In this document: positions 23,273-32,770 of the stretch, in pieces
Layout: every line of letters starts with the position of its first letter
Position numbering within the stretch: the stretch's first letter is position 1
Assembly (NCBI GenBank): GCA_963704145.1
Contig: CAVPHB010000006.1
Coordinates: 686,624 to 750,623 of the forward strand
From: an uncultured Chloroflexia bacterium
GTDB lineage: Bacteria; Chloroflexota; Limnocylindria; Limnocylindrales; CSP1-4
Length of the DNA: 64,000 nucleotides
Reading direction: 5' to 3'
Made by a program: the position numbers and the translations under genes
The notes under the pieces: model-generated
Database searches by the model: none
What the model saw: only the letters and a program-made list of their open reading frames with translations
What the model was told of the DNA's origin: nothing

Positions 23273-24543
23273 CGTCGCCGCAGCTTGCGCCGCGCAGGCG
23301 TGTAGTGGTCACCGGCATGGGCACCGTTACGCCGCTCGGCAACGACGTGGCCACGTTCTGGTCGCGTCTCGTGGCCGGCGGATCGGGCGTGCGCACGACC
23401 ACGGGCTTCGATCCGGCGCGCGTGGCAAGCAGGATGGCCGGGGAGGTGCAGGACTTCGACCCGTCGGCCGTCCTCGATCGCAAGGACACCCGGCGCGCCG
23501 ACCGCTTCACGCAGCTGGCGCTCGTGGCCGTGCGCGAGGCGATGATCGAGGCCGGACTGCCCGATCGCCTCGAGGGCGAGCTGGCCGATCGCACCGGGGT
23601 GATGATCGGCTCCGGCCTCGGCGGATCGGCCACGCTCATCGAGCAGATCTCGATCAACGCCACGCGCGGCCCCGATCGGCTGTCGCCGTTCTTCATCCCG
23701 ATGGCCATCGCCAACCTTGCCGCGGGCCAGTCCGCAATCAGCTTCGGTGCGCGCGGGCCGAACTTCGCCACGGTCAGCGCGTGCGCCTCGGCCGGCCATG
23801 CGCTCGGCGAGGCGGCCGAGACGATCATCCGCGGCGACGCCGACGTGATGCTGGCGGGCGGCTCGGAGGCACCCGTGGTCGAGGCACTGGTCGGCGGCTT
23901 CGCCGCGATGCGCGCCCTGTCGACGCGCAACGACGACCCGCCGGGAGCAAGCCGGCCGTTCGACCAGGCCCGTGACGGCTTCGTCGTCGCCGAGGGCGCC
24001 GGCGTGGTCGTGCTCGAGGAGCTCGGCCACGCCCGACAGCGCGGCGCCCGGATCCTGGCCGAGCTGTGCGGCTACGGCGCCACGGCCGACGCCAACCACA
24101 TCACCCTGCCCGGACCGGGCGGCGAAGGCGGCGTGCGCGCCGCGCGCCGGGCGCTTGAGAAGGCGGGCATGGCGCCGAGCGACATCGACCACATCAGCGC
24201 CCACGCCACGTCGACGCCGGAGGGCGACCCAGCCGAGCTACGCGGCTTCTTGACTCTGCTCGGCGACCATGCCGCGAACGTGTCGATCGCCGCCATCAAG
24301 GGCGCCATCGGCCACACGCTCGGCGCGGCCGGCGCGATCGGTGCCGTGGCTGCGATCTGCGCCATGCGTGACGGCGTCGTGCCACCCACGCTCAACCTGG
24401 TCGACCCGGCACCCGAGACGGACGGACTCGATTGCACTCCCCTGAGCTCGCGCACGCGCGAGGTGCGCGTCGCGCTGGTCAACGCGTTCGGCTTCGGCGG
24501 CCAGAATTCGGCCCTCGTCTTCCGCCGCTGGGACGAAGGCTGA
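23269..24543 (+). CDS. fabF: Beta-ketoacyl-ACP synthase II
   Basis: VVVTGMG, SACAS (Cys), RPFDQARDGF, AHATST (His), KGAIGH (His), NAFGFGG. Confidence 0.93.
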   Translation: MTSPQLAPRRRVVVTGMGTVTPLGNDVATFWSRLVAGGSGVRTTTGFDPARVASRMAGEVQDFDPSAVLDRKDTRRADRFTQLALVAVREAMIEAGLPDRLEGELADRTGVMIGSGLGGSATLIEQISINATRGPDRLSPFFIPMAIANLAAGQSAISFGARGPNFATVSACASAGHALGEAAETIIRGDADVMLAGGSEAPVVEALVGGFAAMRALSTRNDDPPGASRPFDQARDGFVVAEGAGVVVLEELGHARQRGARILAELCGYGATADANHITLPGPGGEGGVRAARRALEKAGMAPSDIDHISAHATSTPEGDPAELRGFLTLLGDHAANVSIAAIKGAIGHTLGAAGAIGAVAAICAMRDGVVPPTLNLVDPAPETDGLDCTPLSSRTREVRVALVNAFGFGGQNSALVFRRWDEG

Positions 24544-25037
24544 TGAGCCGTCCGCGGGCCGTCAGCTCTGCGCCAGGCTTGATCGAGCTGATCGATCGGC
24601 TCGAGGCGCTGCTCAACGCGTCCGAGCTGTCCGAGATCGAGATCGAGGCCGGCGGGACGACGCTGGTGCTGCGCAAGCCGGTCGCGTTCGGGCCCCCCGA
24701 TCCGCTCGCGGCGGGATCGACGGCCGCGGCTGCGCCGTCCGCAGCGACCGACCCAGCACCCAAGACCGAAAGCGCCACGGCGCCGGCCGGCCAGGTCAGC
24801 GCCAACGCGATCGTCGCTCCGCTGACGGGGCTCTACTACTCGTCGCCTTCGCCGGGGGCGGAACCGTACGTGCGCGAAGGCAGCCAGGTGATGGTCGGCC
24901 AGGTGATCGGGCTGATCGAGGCGATGAAGTTGTTCAACGAGATCAAGAGCGACCGGGCCGGCCGGGTGACGCGCATCCATGCCGAGAGCGGTGCGCTGGT
25001 CAAGGCCAAGCAGCCCCTGATTGAGGTGGAGCCATGA
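24543..25037 (+). CDS. accB: Biotin carboxyl carrier protein (canonical)
   Basis: APLTGLYYSSPSPG, IEAMKLFNEI with biotin-accepting Lys. Confidence 0.93.
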   Translation: MSRPRAVSSAPGLIELIDRLEALLNASELSEIEIEAGGTTLVLRKPVAFGPPDPLAAGSTAAAAPSAATDPAPKTESATAPAGQVSANAIVAPLTGLYYSSPSPGAEPYVREGSQVMVGQVIGLIEAMKLFNEIKSDRAGRVTRIHAESGALVKAKQPLIEVEP

Positions 25038-26215
25038 ACCAGCGCAGTGTGCGCGTCACCGGTTGGGGCATGTACGCGCCGGAGCGCGTGCTGACCAATG
25101 CCGAGCTGGAGCGCGTGGTCGATACGTCAGACGAATGGATCCGCTCGCGGACCGGGATTCGCGAGCGGCGCATCGCCGCGGCGCACGAGACAACGGCAAC
25201 GCTGGCGGCGATTGCCGGCAAGCGCGCCGTCGCCGTCGCCGGGCTGCAGCCGGACGACATCGACGTGATCCTGGTCGCCACCCTGACGCCCGACTACTGG
25301 ATGCCTTCGACCGGCGCGCTGGTCAAGGAAGCCATCGGCAACACCCGGGCGCCGGCGATGGACGTGGCCGCCGCGTGCTCCGGTTTCGTCTATGCCTACT
25401 CGATCGGCGACGCCTACCTGCGCTCGGGCGCCTTCCGCCACGCGCTGGTGATCGGCTCCGAGACCTTGTCGCGCTTCCTCGATTTCTCTGACCGGGGGAC
25501 GTGCATCCTGTTTGGCGATGGCGCCGGGGCGGTGGTGCTTTCGGCGTCCGACGAGGCGGGCGGCGGCATGCAGGGGCTGGAGATGACCACCGACCCGGAC
25601 GGCGCGTACATGATCTGGCTGCCGTCGGGCGGATCGCGCAGTCCGGCGTCGGGCCAGACCCTCGCCCGCGGTGAGCACTACGTGCGCATGGAGGGCAAGG
25701 AGACCTACCGTTTCGCAACCAAGACGATGGCCACCACCGCGCTCAAGGCGATCGAGCGAGCCGGCTGGCAGCCCGACGAGATTGACCTGTTCATCCCCCA
25801 CCAGGCCAACGTGCGGATCATCGAATCGGTGGCCAAGGGCCTCAACCTGTCGATGGACAAGATGTTCGTCAACCTCGACCGCTACGGCAACACCTCGGCG
25901 GCGTCGGTCCCCATCGCCCTGGCCGAGGCGGTCGACTCGGGGCGCATCCAGATTGGCGACAAGATCGTGCTGGTCGCCTTCGGCGCCGGCCTGACCAGCG
26001 GTGGCATCGCGCTCGAGTGGACGGCCGATCCGGCGTGGGGCAAGCGCGCCGCCTCGGTTGATCCGGCAGCCACGGTGCGCGAGCCGCTCGACTGGGGCTC
26101 GGTCGACCCGATCCCCGAGCGACTGCGCCAGATTCTCGACGGCGGCCCGCCGGTGCCGCTCGACGACGTCGTGCCCGGTGAGCCGGAACATGCCAACCGG
26201 GAGGTGCTCGCGTGA
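25034..26215 (+). CDS. fabH: Beta-ketoacyl-ACP synthase III
   Basis: DTSDEWIRSRTGI, AACSGF, FGDGAGA, PHQAN, YGNTSAAS. Confidence 0.95.
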   Translation: MNQRSVRVTGWGMYAPERVLTNAELERVVDTSDEWIRSRTGIRERRIAAAHETTATLAAIAGKRAVAVAGLQPDDIDVILVATLTPDYWMPSTGALVKEAIGNTRAPAMDVAAACSGFVYAYSIGDAYLRSGAFRHALVIGSETLSRFLDFSDRGTCILFGDGAGAVVLSASDEAGGGMQGLEMTTDPDGAYMIWLPSGGSRSPASGQTLARGEHYVRMEGKETYRFATKTMATTALKAIERAGWQPDEIDLFIPHQANVRIIESVAKGLNLSMDKMFVNLDRYGNTSAASVPIALAEAVDSGRIQIGDKIVLVAFGAGLTSGGIALEWTADPAWGKRAASVDPAATVREPLDWGSVDPIPERLRQILDGGPPVPLDDVVPGEPEHANREVLA

Positions 26216-26961
26216 TCGACCTTACCGGCAAGGCCGCCGTGATCACCGGCGGTGGGCGCGGGATCGGCCGAGCGATCGCTCTGCGCCTGGCCGCGCAGGG
26301 CGCGGATATCTGCTTCTCCTATCGCGGCAACGCGGCCGCGGCCGCGGCGACCGTCGCCGATCTGGAACAGCTCGGCCGGCGCGCCCTGGCCGTACAGGCC
26401 GATGTGACCCAGGCCGAGGCGGCCGAGGCGCTGATCAAGGCGGCCATCGACGCCTTGGGCAAGGTCGACATCCTGGTCAACAACGCCGGCATCACTCGTG
26501 ACGACCTGATCATGCGCATGACGCCCGAGGCGTGGCGTGACGTGCTCGAGACCAACCTGTTCGGGGCGTTCTACACGCTCAAGGCGGTCACCCGGCCGAT
26601 GCTCCGCGCCAAGAGCGGCCGGATCATCAACATCACCTCGGTCTCGGGTCAGGCCGGCCAGATGGGCCAGGCCAACTACTCGTCCGCCAAGGCCGGCCTG
26701 ATCGGGCTGACCAAGGCCGCCGCGCGCGAGCTCGGCTCACGCGGGATAACGGTCAATGCCGTGGCGCCCGGCTTCGTGCTGACCGAGCTGACCGCCGGGT
26801 TGTCCGACGAGTGGAAGCAGCGCATCAACGAGCAGACGCCGTTGGGCCGCTTCGGCACGGTCGAGGAGGTTGCCTACGCGGTCGCGTTCCTGGCTTCCGA
26901 CGAGGCGGCGTATATCACCGGTCAGGTGCTCGCCGTCGACGGCGGCCTGGTGATGATGTAG
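26212..26961 (+). CDS. fabG: 3-oxoacyl-ACP reductase
   Basis: TGGGRGIG, NNAGITRD, GQANYSSAKAG, NAVAPGF. Confidence 0.95.
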   Translation: MIDLTGKAAVITGGGRGIGRAIALRLAAQGADICFSYRGNAAAAAATVADLEQLGRRALAVQADVTQAEAAEALIKAAIDALGKVDILVNNAGITRDDLIMRMTPEAWRDVLETNLFGAFYTLKAVTRPMLRAKSGRIINITSVSGQAGQMGQANYSSAKAGLIGLTKAAARELGSRGITVNAVAPGFVLTELTAGLSDEWKQRINEQTPLGRFGTVEEVAYAVAFLASDEAAYITGQVLAVDGGLVMM

Positions 26962-26988
26962 CTCGGTCCACGGGTGGCGGCGTCCGCA

Positions 26989-27009
26989 GGTCGGGACGCG
27001 GTCCCGACC
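26989..27009. other. Perfect GC-rich hairpin after fabG (terminator- or REP-like)
   Basis: GGTCGGGAC-GCG-GTCCCGACC; no U-tract. Confidence 0.45.
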
Positions 27010-27014
27010 GCTGA

Positions 27015-27080
27015 TGAGTCGGTTAGGCAGATCACTCCGGGCGTCATCGGCTTAGCCTGTTGATCCGCGAAACCGACTCA
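27015..27080. repeat. TGAGTCGGTT...AACCGACTCA palindromic element, copy 1
   Basis: 10-bp perfect terminal inverted repeats; first 20 nt are 19/20 identical to 46114-46133. Confidence 0.75.
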
Positions 27081-27189
27081 CGGGCAGATCCTTGCCCGCC
27101 AGGCCGGCGCTGGCCGCTGGCAGACGCCGATGACCACTCGCCCACAGCGACCTCTGCCCGCCGCCTGCGAACGAGGCGCCCCGTGCCGG

Positions 27190-27735
27190 CTAGTCGATGA
27201 GGCCGCGCGCAGCAAGGTACGAGATGACCTCGACTGCGTTCTGGCCGACGGCCCGGCCGACAGTCTCAAGGCGCAGCTCAGGCGTCAGGGGCGGCTCGTA
27301 GGGGTCGCCCACGCCGGTCATCTGTGCCACCTCGCCGCGCTGCGTTGCAGCGTACAGGCCCTTCACGTCGCGTTGCATTACCACGGCGAGCGGCGTGTCC
27401 ACGAACACCTCGACGAACGAGCCGCTGCCGCCCGCGACGTCGACCATCGCGCGCACCTCGTCGCGCGTGGAACGGTACGGGCTGACCAGGGCGCAGACCA
27501 CGATGCCGCCGTGGCGCACGATCTCGGCAGCAACGAAGCCGACCCGGCGCACGTTCTCGTCGCGGTCCTCACGTGAAAAGCCCAGCCCGCGCGACAGATG
27601 GGTGCGCACCACGTCGCCGTCGAGGACGGTCACAGCCCGGCCGCGCTCCTCGAGCAGCGGCACGATGCGCTCGGCGGTGGTCGTCTTGCCCGACCCGGAC
27701 AGGCCCGTGAACCACAGGCAGACGCCGCGCGTCAC
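27190..27735 (-). CDS. cysC: Adenylyl-sulfate (APS) kinase
   Basis: WFTGLSGSGKTT, LDGDVVR, LGFSREDRDENVRR, RDVKGLY, DPYEPP. Confidence 0.93.
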   Translation of the reverse strand: MTRGVCLWFTGLSGSGKTTTAERIVPLLEERGRAVTVLDGDVVRTHLSRGLGFSREDRDENVRRVGFVAAEIVRHGGIVVCALVSPYRSTRDEVRAMVDVAGGSGSFVEVFVDTPLAVVMQRDVKGLYAATQRGEVAQMTGVGDPYEPPLTPELRLETVGRAVGQNAVEVISYLAARGLID

Positions 27736-28712
27736 GGGGCGCTGACAGCCTCCGTCGCCGACGCCGTGGCCGCCGCGGCCGGATGGCGGAACCACAGTTG
27801 GCCCAGGTCGCGCCCGAGCAGCTCGGACAGGCGCGCGACGTCGGGCGCGAACTCGTCCTCCAGCCGATGGCGAAGCTCCGGCGCCGGCGCGCCTTTCTGG
27901 ATCGGCCGACGATGGAACCACGAGTGGCGGAAGCGGCGCACCAGGCCGCGCGTGCGGGTGTCGCCGATCACCTTGGGCAGCAGCCCCCACACCATCCACT
28001 GCGGGATGCGGCCGTTGAGCAGGCGCCGGATGAACATGCTCCGCGCGCCGTGAGCGGTGTTGTAGGCCGCGAAGGACTCGGGCTTGTAGGTGCCCTCCAC
28101 GCCCAGGAACTCGAGCAGCCGACGGAACTCGACCTCGGGCTGGCGGACCATGTCCTCGAAGATGATCACGTGGACGCCGCTGCGACCGAAGGCGTCGAAC
28201 CAGCGCGGCAGCTGCTCGCCGAAGCGGGCCCGGTCGCGGTACGTCGCCAGCAGCGGGTTGGAGTGGGCCGGCAGTCGCCGGCCGGCGTGGCGGTCTTCCT
28301 CGGCCGCCAGAGCCTGCTCGAACTCGTCGATGTCTTCCGTCGCCGCGGCGAGCTTGTGGGCGTGTAGCGAGTGGATCATGTCGACCGGGTTGCGCAGCAT
28401 GGCCACGATGCGCGCATCGGGTGACGCCTCACGGATCAGCGCCGGCGCCTCCTTTGAGTACAGGTAGCGCGTCGAGCCCTCGCCCAGCCGCAGCGCGTCG
28501 CCGGCGTCCTTGAAGAGGTCGAAGTACAGCTTCTTGTCGCGGCCGTACACGAGGAAGTTGCCCAAATCGTCCTTGGCCAGGTCGCGCGCAAAGTAGCACG
28601 GCTCCTTGACCACGCTCATGAACACCTCGGGGTGGCCCTTGAGGTACTCGTACAGCGAGGTGGTGCCGCTCTTCGGGGCGCCAACGATGAACAAATTCGG
28701 GACGCGGGTCAC
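27732..28712 (-). CDS. PAPS-dependent sulfotransferase
   Basis: PNLFIVGAPKSGTT (5'-PSB loop), KEPCYF, GEGST.Y, LRNPVD..HS. Confidence 0.9.
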   Translation of the reverse strand: MTRVPNLFIVGAPKSGTTSLYEYLKGHPEVFMSVVKEPCYFARDLAKDDLGNFLVYGRDKKLYFDLFKDAGDALRLGEGSTRYLYSKEAPALIREASPDARIVAMLRNPVDMIHSLHAHKLAAATEDIDEFEQALAAEEDRHAGRRLPAHSNPLLATYRDRARFGEQLPRWFDAFGRSGVHVIIFEDMVRQPEVEFRRLLEFLGVEGTYKPESFAAYNTAHGARSMFIRRLLNGRIPQWMVWGLLPKVIGDTRTRGLVRRFRHSWFHRRPIQKGAPAPELRHRLEDEFAPDVARLSELLGRDLGQLWFRHPAAAATASATEAVSAP

Positions 28713-28881
28713 GTCCGTAGTCTATCGGCCGAGCTTTCGCACGCCCGGCACGCGCGCTGGCGCGACGGCGCCGAACGGTGCTCCCGGTACGGACGCCTCG
28801 CCGTGCGGAGCGGGCCGGCGAAGCCAGTGCCTGCCGGGCAGGCGCGGTCTTCGTCGCCAGCCCTGCGATATCCTGCGCTCG

Positions 28882-29850
28882 ATGTCCCATCCTGTCGTGG
28901 AGCCCGATTCGCCGCGTCCCGACTTCTTCATCGTCGGCGCGTTCAAGAGCGGCAGCACGGCTCTCTATGAGCAGCTCCGCCGCCACCCCCAGATCTTCAT
29001 GCCCTTCCACAAGGAGCCGCTCTTTTTCGGCGACGATCTGACCCGGCGCTATGGGCGAATGAGCCTCGATGACTACCTGCGCCTGTTCCGCGCAGCCAAG
29101 CCCGGCCAGCGGATCGGCGAAGCGTCGACCTGGTACCTCTACTCGATATCAGCCGCGCGCGCGATCAAGGAGTTCGCGCCCGACGCGCGGATCGTGGTCG
29201 TGTTGCGCAACCCGGTTGACGTGATGTACGCCCAGCACAACCAGCTCATCTTCAACGTGATCGAGGAGATCCCCGATTTTGAGACGGCGCTCAACGCGGA
29301 GGACGATCGACGCCAGCGCCGGCGCATCCCGCCCGGCCCGATCAACGTCGAGAACCTGTTCTATCGCCACAGCGTCCGCTTCGCCGAACAGCTCGAGCGC
29401 TATTTCGAGGTGTTCGGGCGCGACCGGGTCCACGTGATGCTGTACGACGATCTGCGCCGCGACGGCGCCGCCGTCGTGCGCGAGTGCCTCGAGTTCCTGG
29501 GGGTCGACCCGTCACTGGCCGCCGCGCCGCCAAGGGCCAACGAGAACCGCCGCGTCCGCTCACCGCTCGTGCAGCGGCTCATCTTTGCACCCCGGCTGCT
29601 GCTGCCCCTGGCGCCGCTGCTGCGCCGCTTCCCGCTCGTCCGCGCGCTGCGCACGAGGATGCTCAACATGAACAGCGAGGCCAGGCCGCGCGCGCCGATG
29701 GATCCGGCGCTGCGCCGCCGGCTGCTCGACGAGCAGGCGCCGGGGATCGAGCGCCTGGGCGCGCTGATCGACCGGGATCTGTCGGCCTGGCTGGAGCGGC
29801 CCTCCGAGCATCCGGACGCCGAGCGGACACCCCAAACGACAACCGCGTGA
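28882..29850 (+). CDS. PAPS-dependent sulfotransferase
   Basis: PDFFIVGAFKSGST, KEPLFF, GEASTWY, LRNPVD. Confidence 0.9.
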   Translation: MSHPVVEPDSPRPDFFIVGAFKSGSTALYEQLRRHPQIFMPFHKEPLFFGDDLTRRYGRMSLDDYLRLFRAAKPGQRIGEASTWYLYSISAARAIKEFAPDARIVVVLRNPVDVMYAQHNQLIFNVIEEIPDFETALNAEDDRRQRRRIPPGPINVENLFYRHSVRFAEQLERYFEVFGRDRVHVMLYDDLRRDGAAVVRECLEFLGVDPSLAAAPPRANENRRVRSPLVQRLIFAPRLLLPLAPLLRRFPLVRALRTRMLNMNSEARPRAPMDPALRRRLLDEQAPGIERLGALIDRDLSAWLERPSEHPDAERTPQTTTA

Positions 29851-30745
29851 AGCGGCCCGACGTCTTCATCGTCGGCGCCTTCAAGGCCGGCACCACCGCG
29901 TTGTACGAGTATCTGCGCGCCCATCCGCAGATATTCATGAGCGTGCCCAAGGAGCCGATGTACTTCGGCGCAGGACCTGACGCCGCGCTACCGGCGCATG
30001 ACCGAGGAGGAGTACCTGGGCCTGTTCCGATCTGCGCGGCCGGACCAGCGTGCCGGCGAGGCATCGCCGTGGTACCTGTACTCGACCGAGGCAGCGGCTG
30101 AGATCAACGCGTTCGCACCCGCCGGCGCAGGTGCTCATCATGCTCCGCAACCCGGTCGACGTGATGTACGCCCAGCACAGCCAGCTGGTCTTCAACCAGC
30201 GCGAGGATCTGACCGACTTCGCCGCCGCGCTGGACGCTGAGGCGGACCGCCGGGGCGGCGAGCGCATCCCCGCCGATACCCTCCGGCCCGAGGCGCTGTA
30301 CTACCGCCACAGCGTCCAGTTCCCCGAGCAGGTGCGGCGCTACCTCGATGTCTTCGGTCGCCAGCGGGTGCACTTCGTGGTCTTCGACGACCTGGTCGCC
30401 GATCCGCGCGCCGTCTACCGATCGACGCTCGAGTTCCTGGGCGTCGATGCCACGCACGAGGTCAACCTCTCGGTCTATAACCCCAACAAGCGACCGCGCT
30501 CGGGTCGCATCCAGCGCGCGATCTTTGCGCCACCGCCCGCACTGCGCGGGGCTTTCGGGCGCTTGCGCCGGCTGTCGTTCGCCCATCGGTTGCGCGACGC
30601 GCTGGTGTCGGCCAACAGCAGCCGTGCGGCGCGACAGCGGATGGAGCCCGACCTGCGCCGCAGCCTGACGACTGAGTTCGCAGCGCAGGTCTCCGAGCTG
30701 GGCGAGCTGATCGGGCGCGACCTGTCGCCGTGGAGTGCGCCATGA
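29847..30745 (+). CDS. PAPS-dependent sulfotransferase, frameshifted near 29970 and 30120
   Basis: PDVFIVGAFKAGTT, KEPMYF, GEASPWY, LRNPVD. Confidence 0.88.
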
Positions 30746-31554
30746 GCGAGCAGGCCGGCCCGCCGCTGCCGCGCGAGATACCGATCGCCAGCGTGGGGGT
30801 CACGGTGCACGACGTTTCCTTTGCCGAAGCCGTGCGGCTGATCGTTCACTGGGCCCGCGAAGGGTCGGGCGGCTACGTGTCAACGCCCAATGTCGATCAC
30901 CTGGTGCGCGCCAAGCGCGACCCAGGTTTCCGCGAGCTGATGATGGGCGCGCGACTGCGCGTGCCCGACGGCATGGGCCTGATCTACGGCTCGCGCCTGG
31001 CCGGGGCACCGTTTCGCGGCGCCGTCACCGGACGGTTGCTGCCCGAGGCGATCATTCGGGCCACGCCCGGCGAAGCGATCCCGATCGCGATCATCGGCGG
31101 ACGGGGTGAGGCGCCCCAGAAGGCCGCCCAGCGGCTCCGCGCGCTGGGCGGCAATGTCGTGGCTGCGGTCGGACCGCAGATGGGTTTCGCGGTCGGCAGC
31201 CCCGAGGACGCCGAGATCGTGGCCCAGTTTCAGGCCGTCAAGCCGCGCATCGTGCTGGTTGGCTTCGGTGCGCCGAAACAGGAAACGTGGATGGCCCGCC
31301 ACCAGGCGCAGCTGCCCGATGCGGTGATGCTCGGCATCGGCCAGACGATCGACATCTTGGGCGGGCTGATCCCGGCCGCACCGCCGTGGATGACCCGCGT
31401 CGGGCTGGAGTGGGCCTTCCGCATGCTGCGCGACCCGCGCCGGATCGGGCGCCGCGTGTTCGTCGACGATCCGCCGTTCTTCTGGTGGATGCTCCGCGCG
31501 CGGCTGGGTCGCCGCGGCACCCAGCGCGACGACGACAGCGGGGCAGCATCGTGA
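30742..31554 (+). CDS. WecB/TagA/CpsF family glycosyltransferase (GT26)
   Basis: TPNVDH, PDGMG, GFGAPKQE, AAPPWM..VGLEWAFRM..DPRR. Confidence 0.9.
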   Translation: MSEQAGPPLPREIPIASVGVTVHDVSFAEAVRLIVHWAREGSGGYVSTPNVDHLVRAKRDPGFRELMMGARLRVPDGMGLIYGSRLAGAPFRGAVTGRLLPEAIIRATPGEAIPIAIIGGRGEAPQKAAQRLRALGGNVVAAVGPQMGFAVGSPEDAEIVAQFQAVKPRIVLVGFGAPKQETWMARHQAQLPDAVMLGIGQTIDILGGLIPAAPPWMTRVGLEWAFRMLRDPRRIGRRVFVDDPPFFWWMLRARLGRRGTQRDDDSGAAS

Positions 31555-31615
31555 CTTGCCGGGCCAGCCGTCCGAGCGTATCGTCAGACGTCCGCGATCC
31601 CGCACTCGAGGGGGC

Positions 31616-32719
31616 ATGATGACCGTCCGTCGGCCGCGCCTGCCGCTGATCGGCGTATCTCTCGCGCTGGTCATGGCCGGCTCGGGCAGCCTGGCCGGAC
31701 CCGTCTCGGCCGCCGAGTTCCACTTCAATCCGGGGCCGTGGGTGCAGATGTTCCTGACGGTGGGCGAGATGGTCGGCGGCGGGACGCCGCTGATCGAGAC
31801 GATCACCGGCCCGACCACGATCGGCAAGGGCTCGGACAGCAGGCTGACCGTGCTGCTCGTTGGATCGGACTACCGGCCCCGGCTCGTCGGCACCGGCGAG
31901 CGGATGGACTCGCTGATGGTCCTGACGATCAACCACTCGCGCCAGATCTCGGCCGTCAGCATCCCGCGTGATGTGGGCAACGTGCCCATCGCGCCGGGCC
32001 AGATCTACAAGCCCAAGATCAGCGGCCTGTTCAAGTCGTTCAAGAAGCAGTACGGCACGCGTGAGCTGGCCCTCGAGCACCTGCGCCGGGCGCTGGCCTA
32101 TGCGCTGCAGATCCAGATCGACTACGTAGCCTACCTGCGCTTCACCGGTTTCGAACGGCTGGTCGGACAGGTCGGCGGCGTGCCTGTGGCGGTGCCCTAC
32201 AGCATCTACGACAGCGGCATCACCGACGATCGGACGACCAAGCCAAAAGGCGCCAAGTTTCTGCAGGCCGTCAGCACGCTCATGAAGGGCAGCAACGCGC
32301 CGCTGTGCTACGCGACGCCCAAGCCGATCGACTGGAGCAAGGTGCCCAACTGCACTCGAGCGCTGTTGTACGTGCGCAGCCGGCACGGTCCAGGGAATAA
32401 CGACTGGCGCCGCGCAAGGCGCCAGCAGAGCTTCCTGATGGCCGCCATCCGACGCGTCATTGCGCGCGGCAGCGGCGCAAACCTGACCGCGTTGCGCACG
32501 TCGGCGCTGAGCAACTCGACCGATTTCTATACCACCATGCCGCTCGGCCTGAGCGACGTCAGCTACCTGTACGGGCTGTTCAGCTTCTCGTCGATGCCCA
32601 ACCAGGCTGTCCTCTCGCCGCCGACCTATGCCTTCACCGTGCCCGGGACCTCGAAGCAGGAGCTCAGGCTGGATGCGGTCAGGAGCCTGACCAGGGCCTG
32701 GTTCGGCCCGCTCAGCTGA
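31616..32719 (+). CDS. LCP (LytR-CpsA-Psr) family glycopolymer transferase
   Basis: N-terminal signal/TM segment; LLVGSD, RMDSLM, SIPRD, YVRSRH..NDWRRARRQQ. Confidence 0.88.
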   Translation: MMTVRRPRLPLIGVSLALVMAGSGSLAGPVSAAEFHFNPGPWVQMFLTVGEMVGGGTPLIETITGPTTIGKGSDSRLTVLLVGSDYRPRLVGTGERMDSLMVLTINHSRQISAVSIPRDVGNVPIAPGQIYKPKISGLFKSFKKQYGTRELALEHLRRALAYALQIQIDYVAYLRFTGFERLVGQVGGVPVAVPYSIYDSGITDDRTTKPKGAKFLQAVSTLMKGSNAPLCYATPKPIDWSKVPNCTRALLYVRSRHGPGNNDWRRARRQQSFLMAAIRRVIARGSGANLTALRTSALSNSTDFYTTMPLGLSDVSYLYGLFSFSSMPNQAVLSPPTYAFTVPGTSKQELRLDAVRSLTRAWFGPLS

Positions 32720-32770
32720 GCGTCGCGGCCGGCCTTTTCCTCGCTCGCCGGGTGCGGAGACCCGGGCGGC

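Noticed and set aside
26985-27080. Hammerhead ribozyme (CTGATGA at 27011 ... GAAA at 27069)
   Set aside because: Stem II cannot form between the core motifs and stem I does not abut CUGA. The sequence is better explained by the TGAGTCGGTT inverted repeat.
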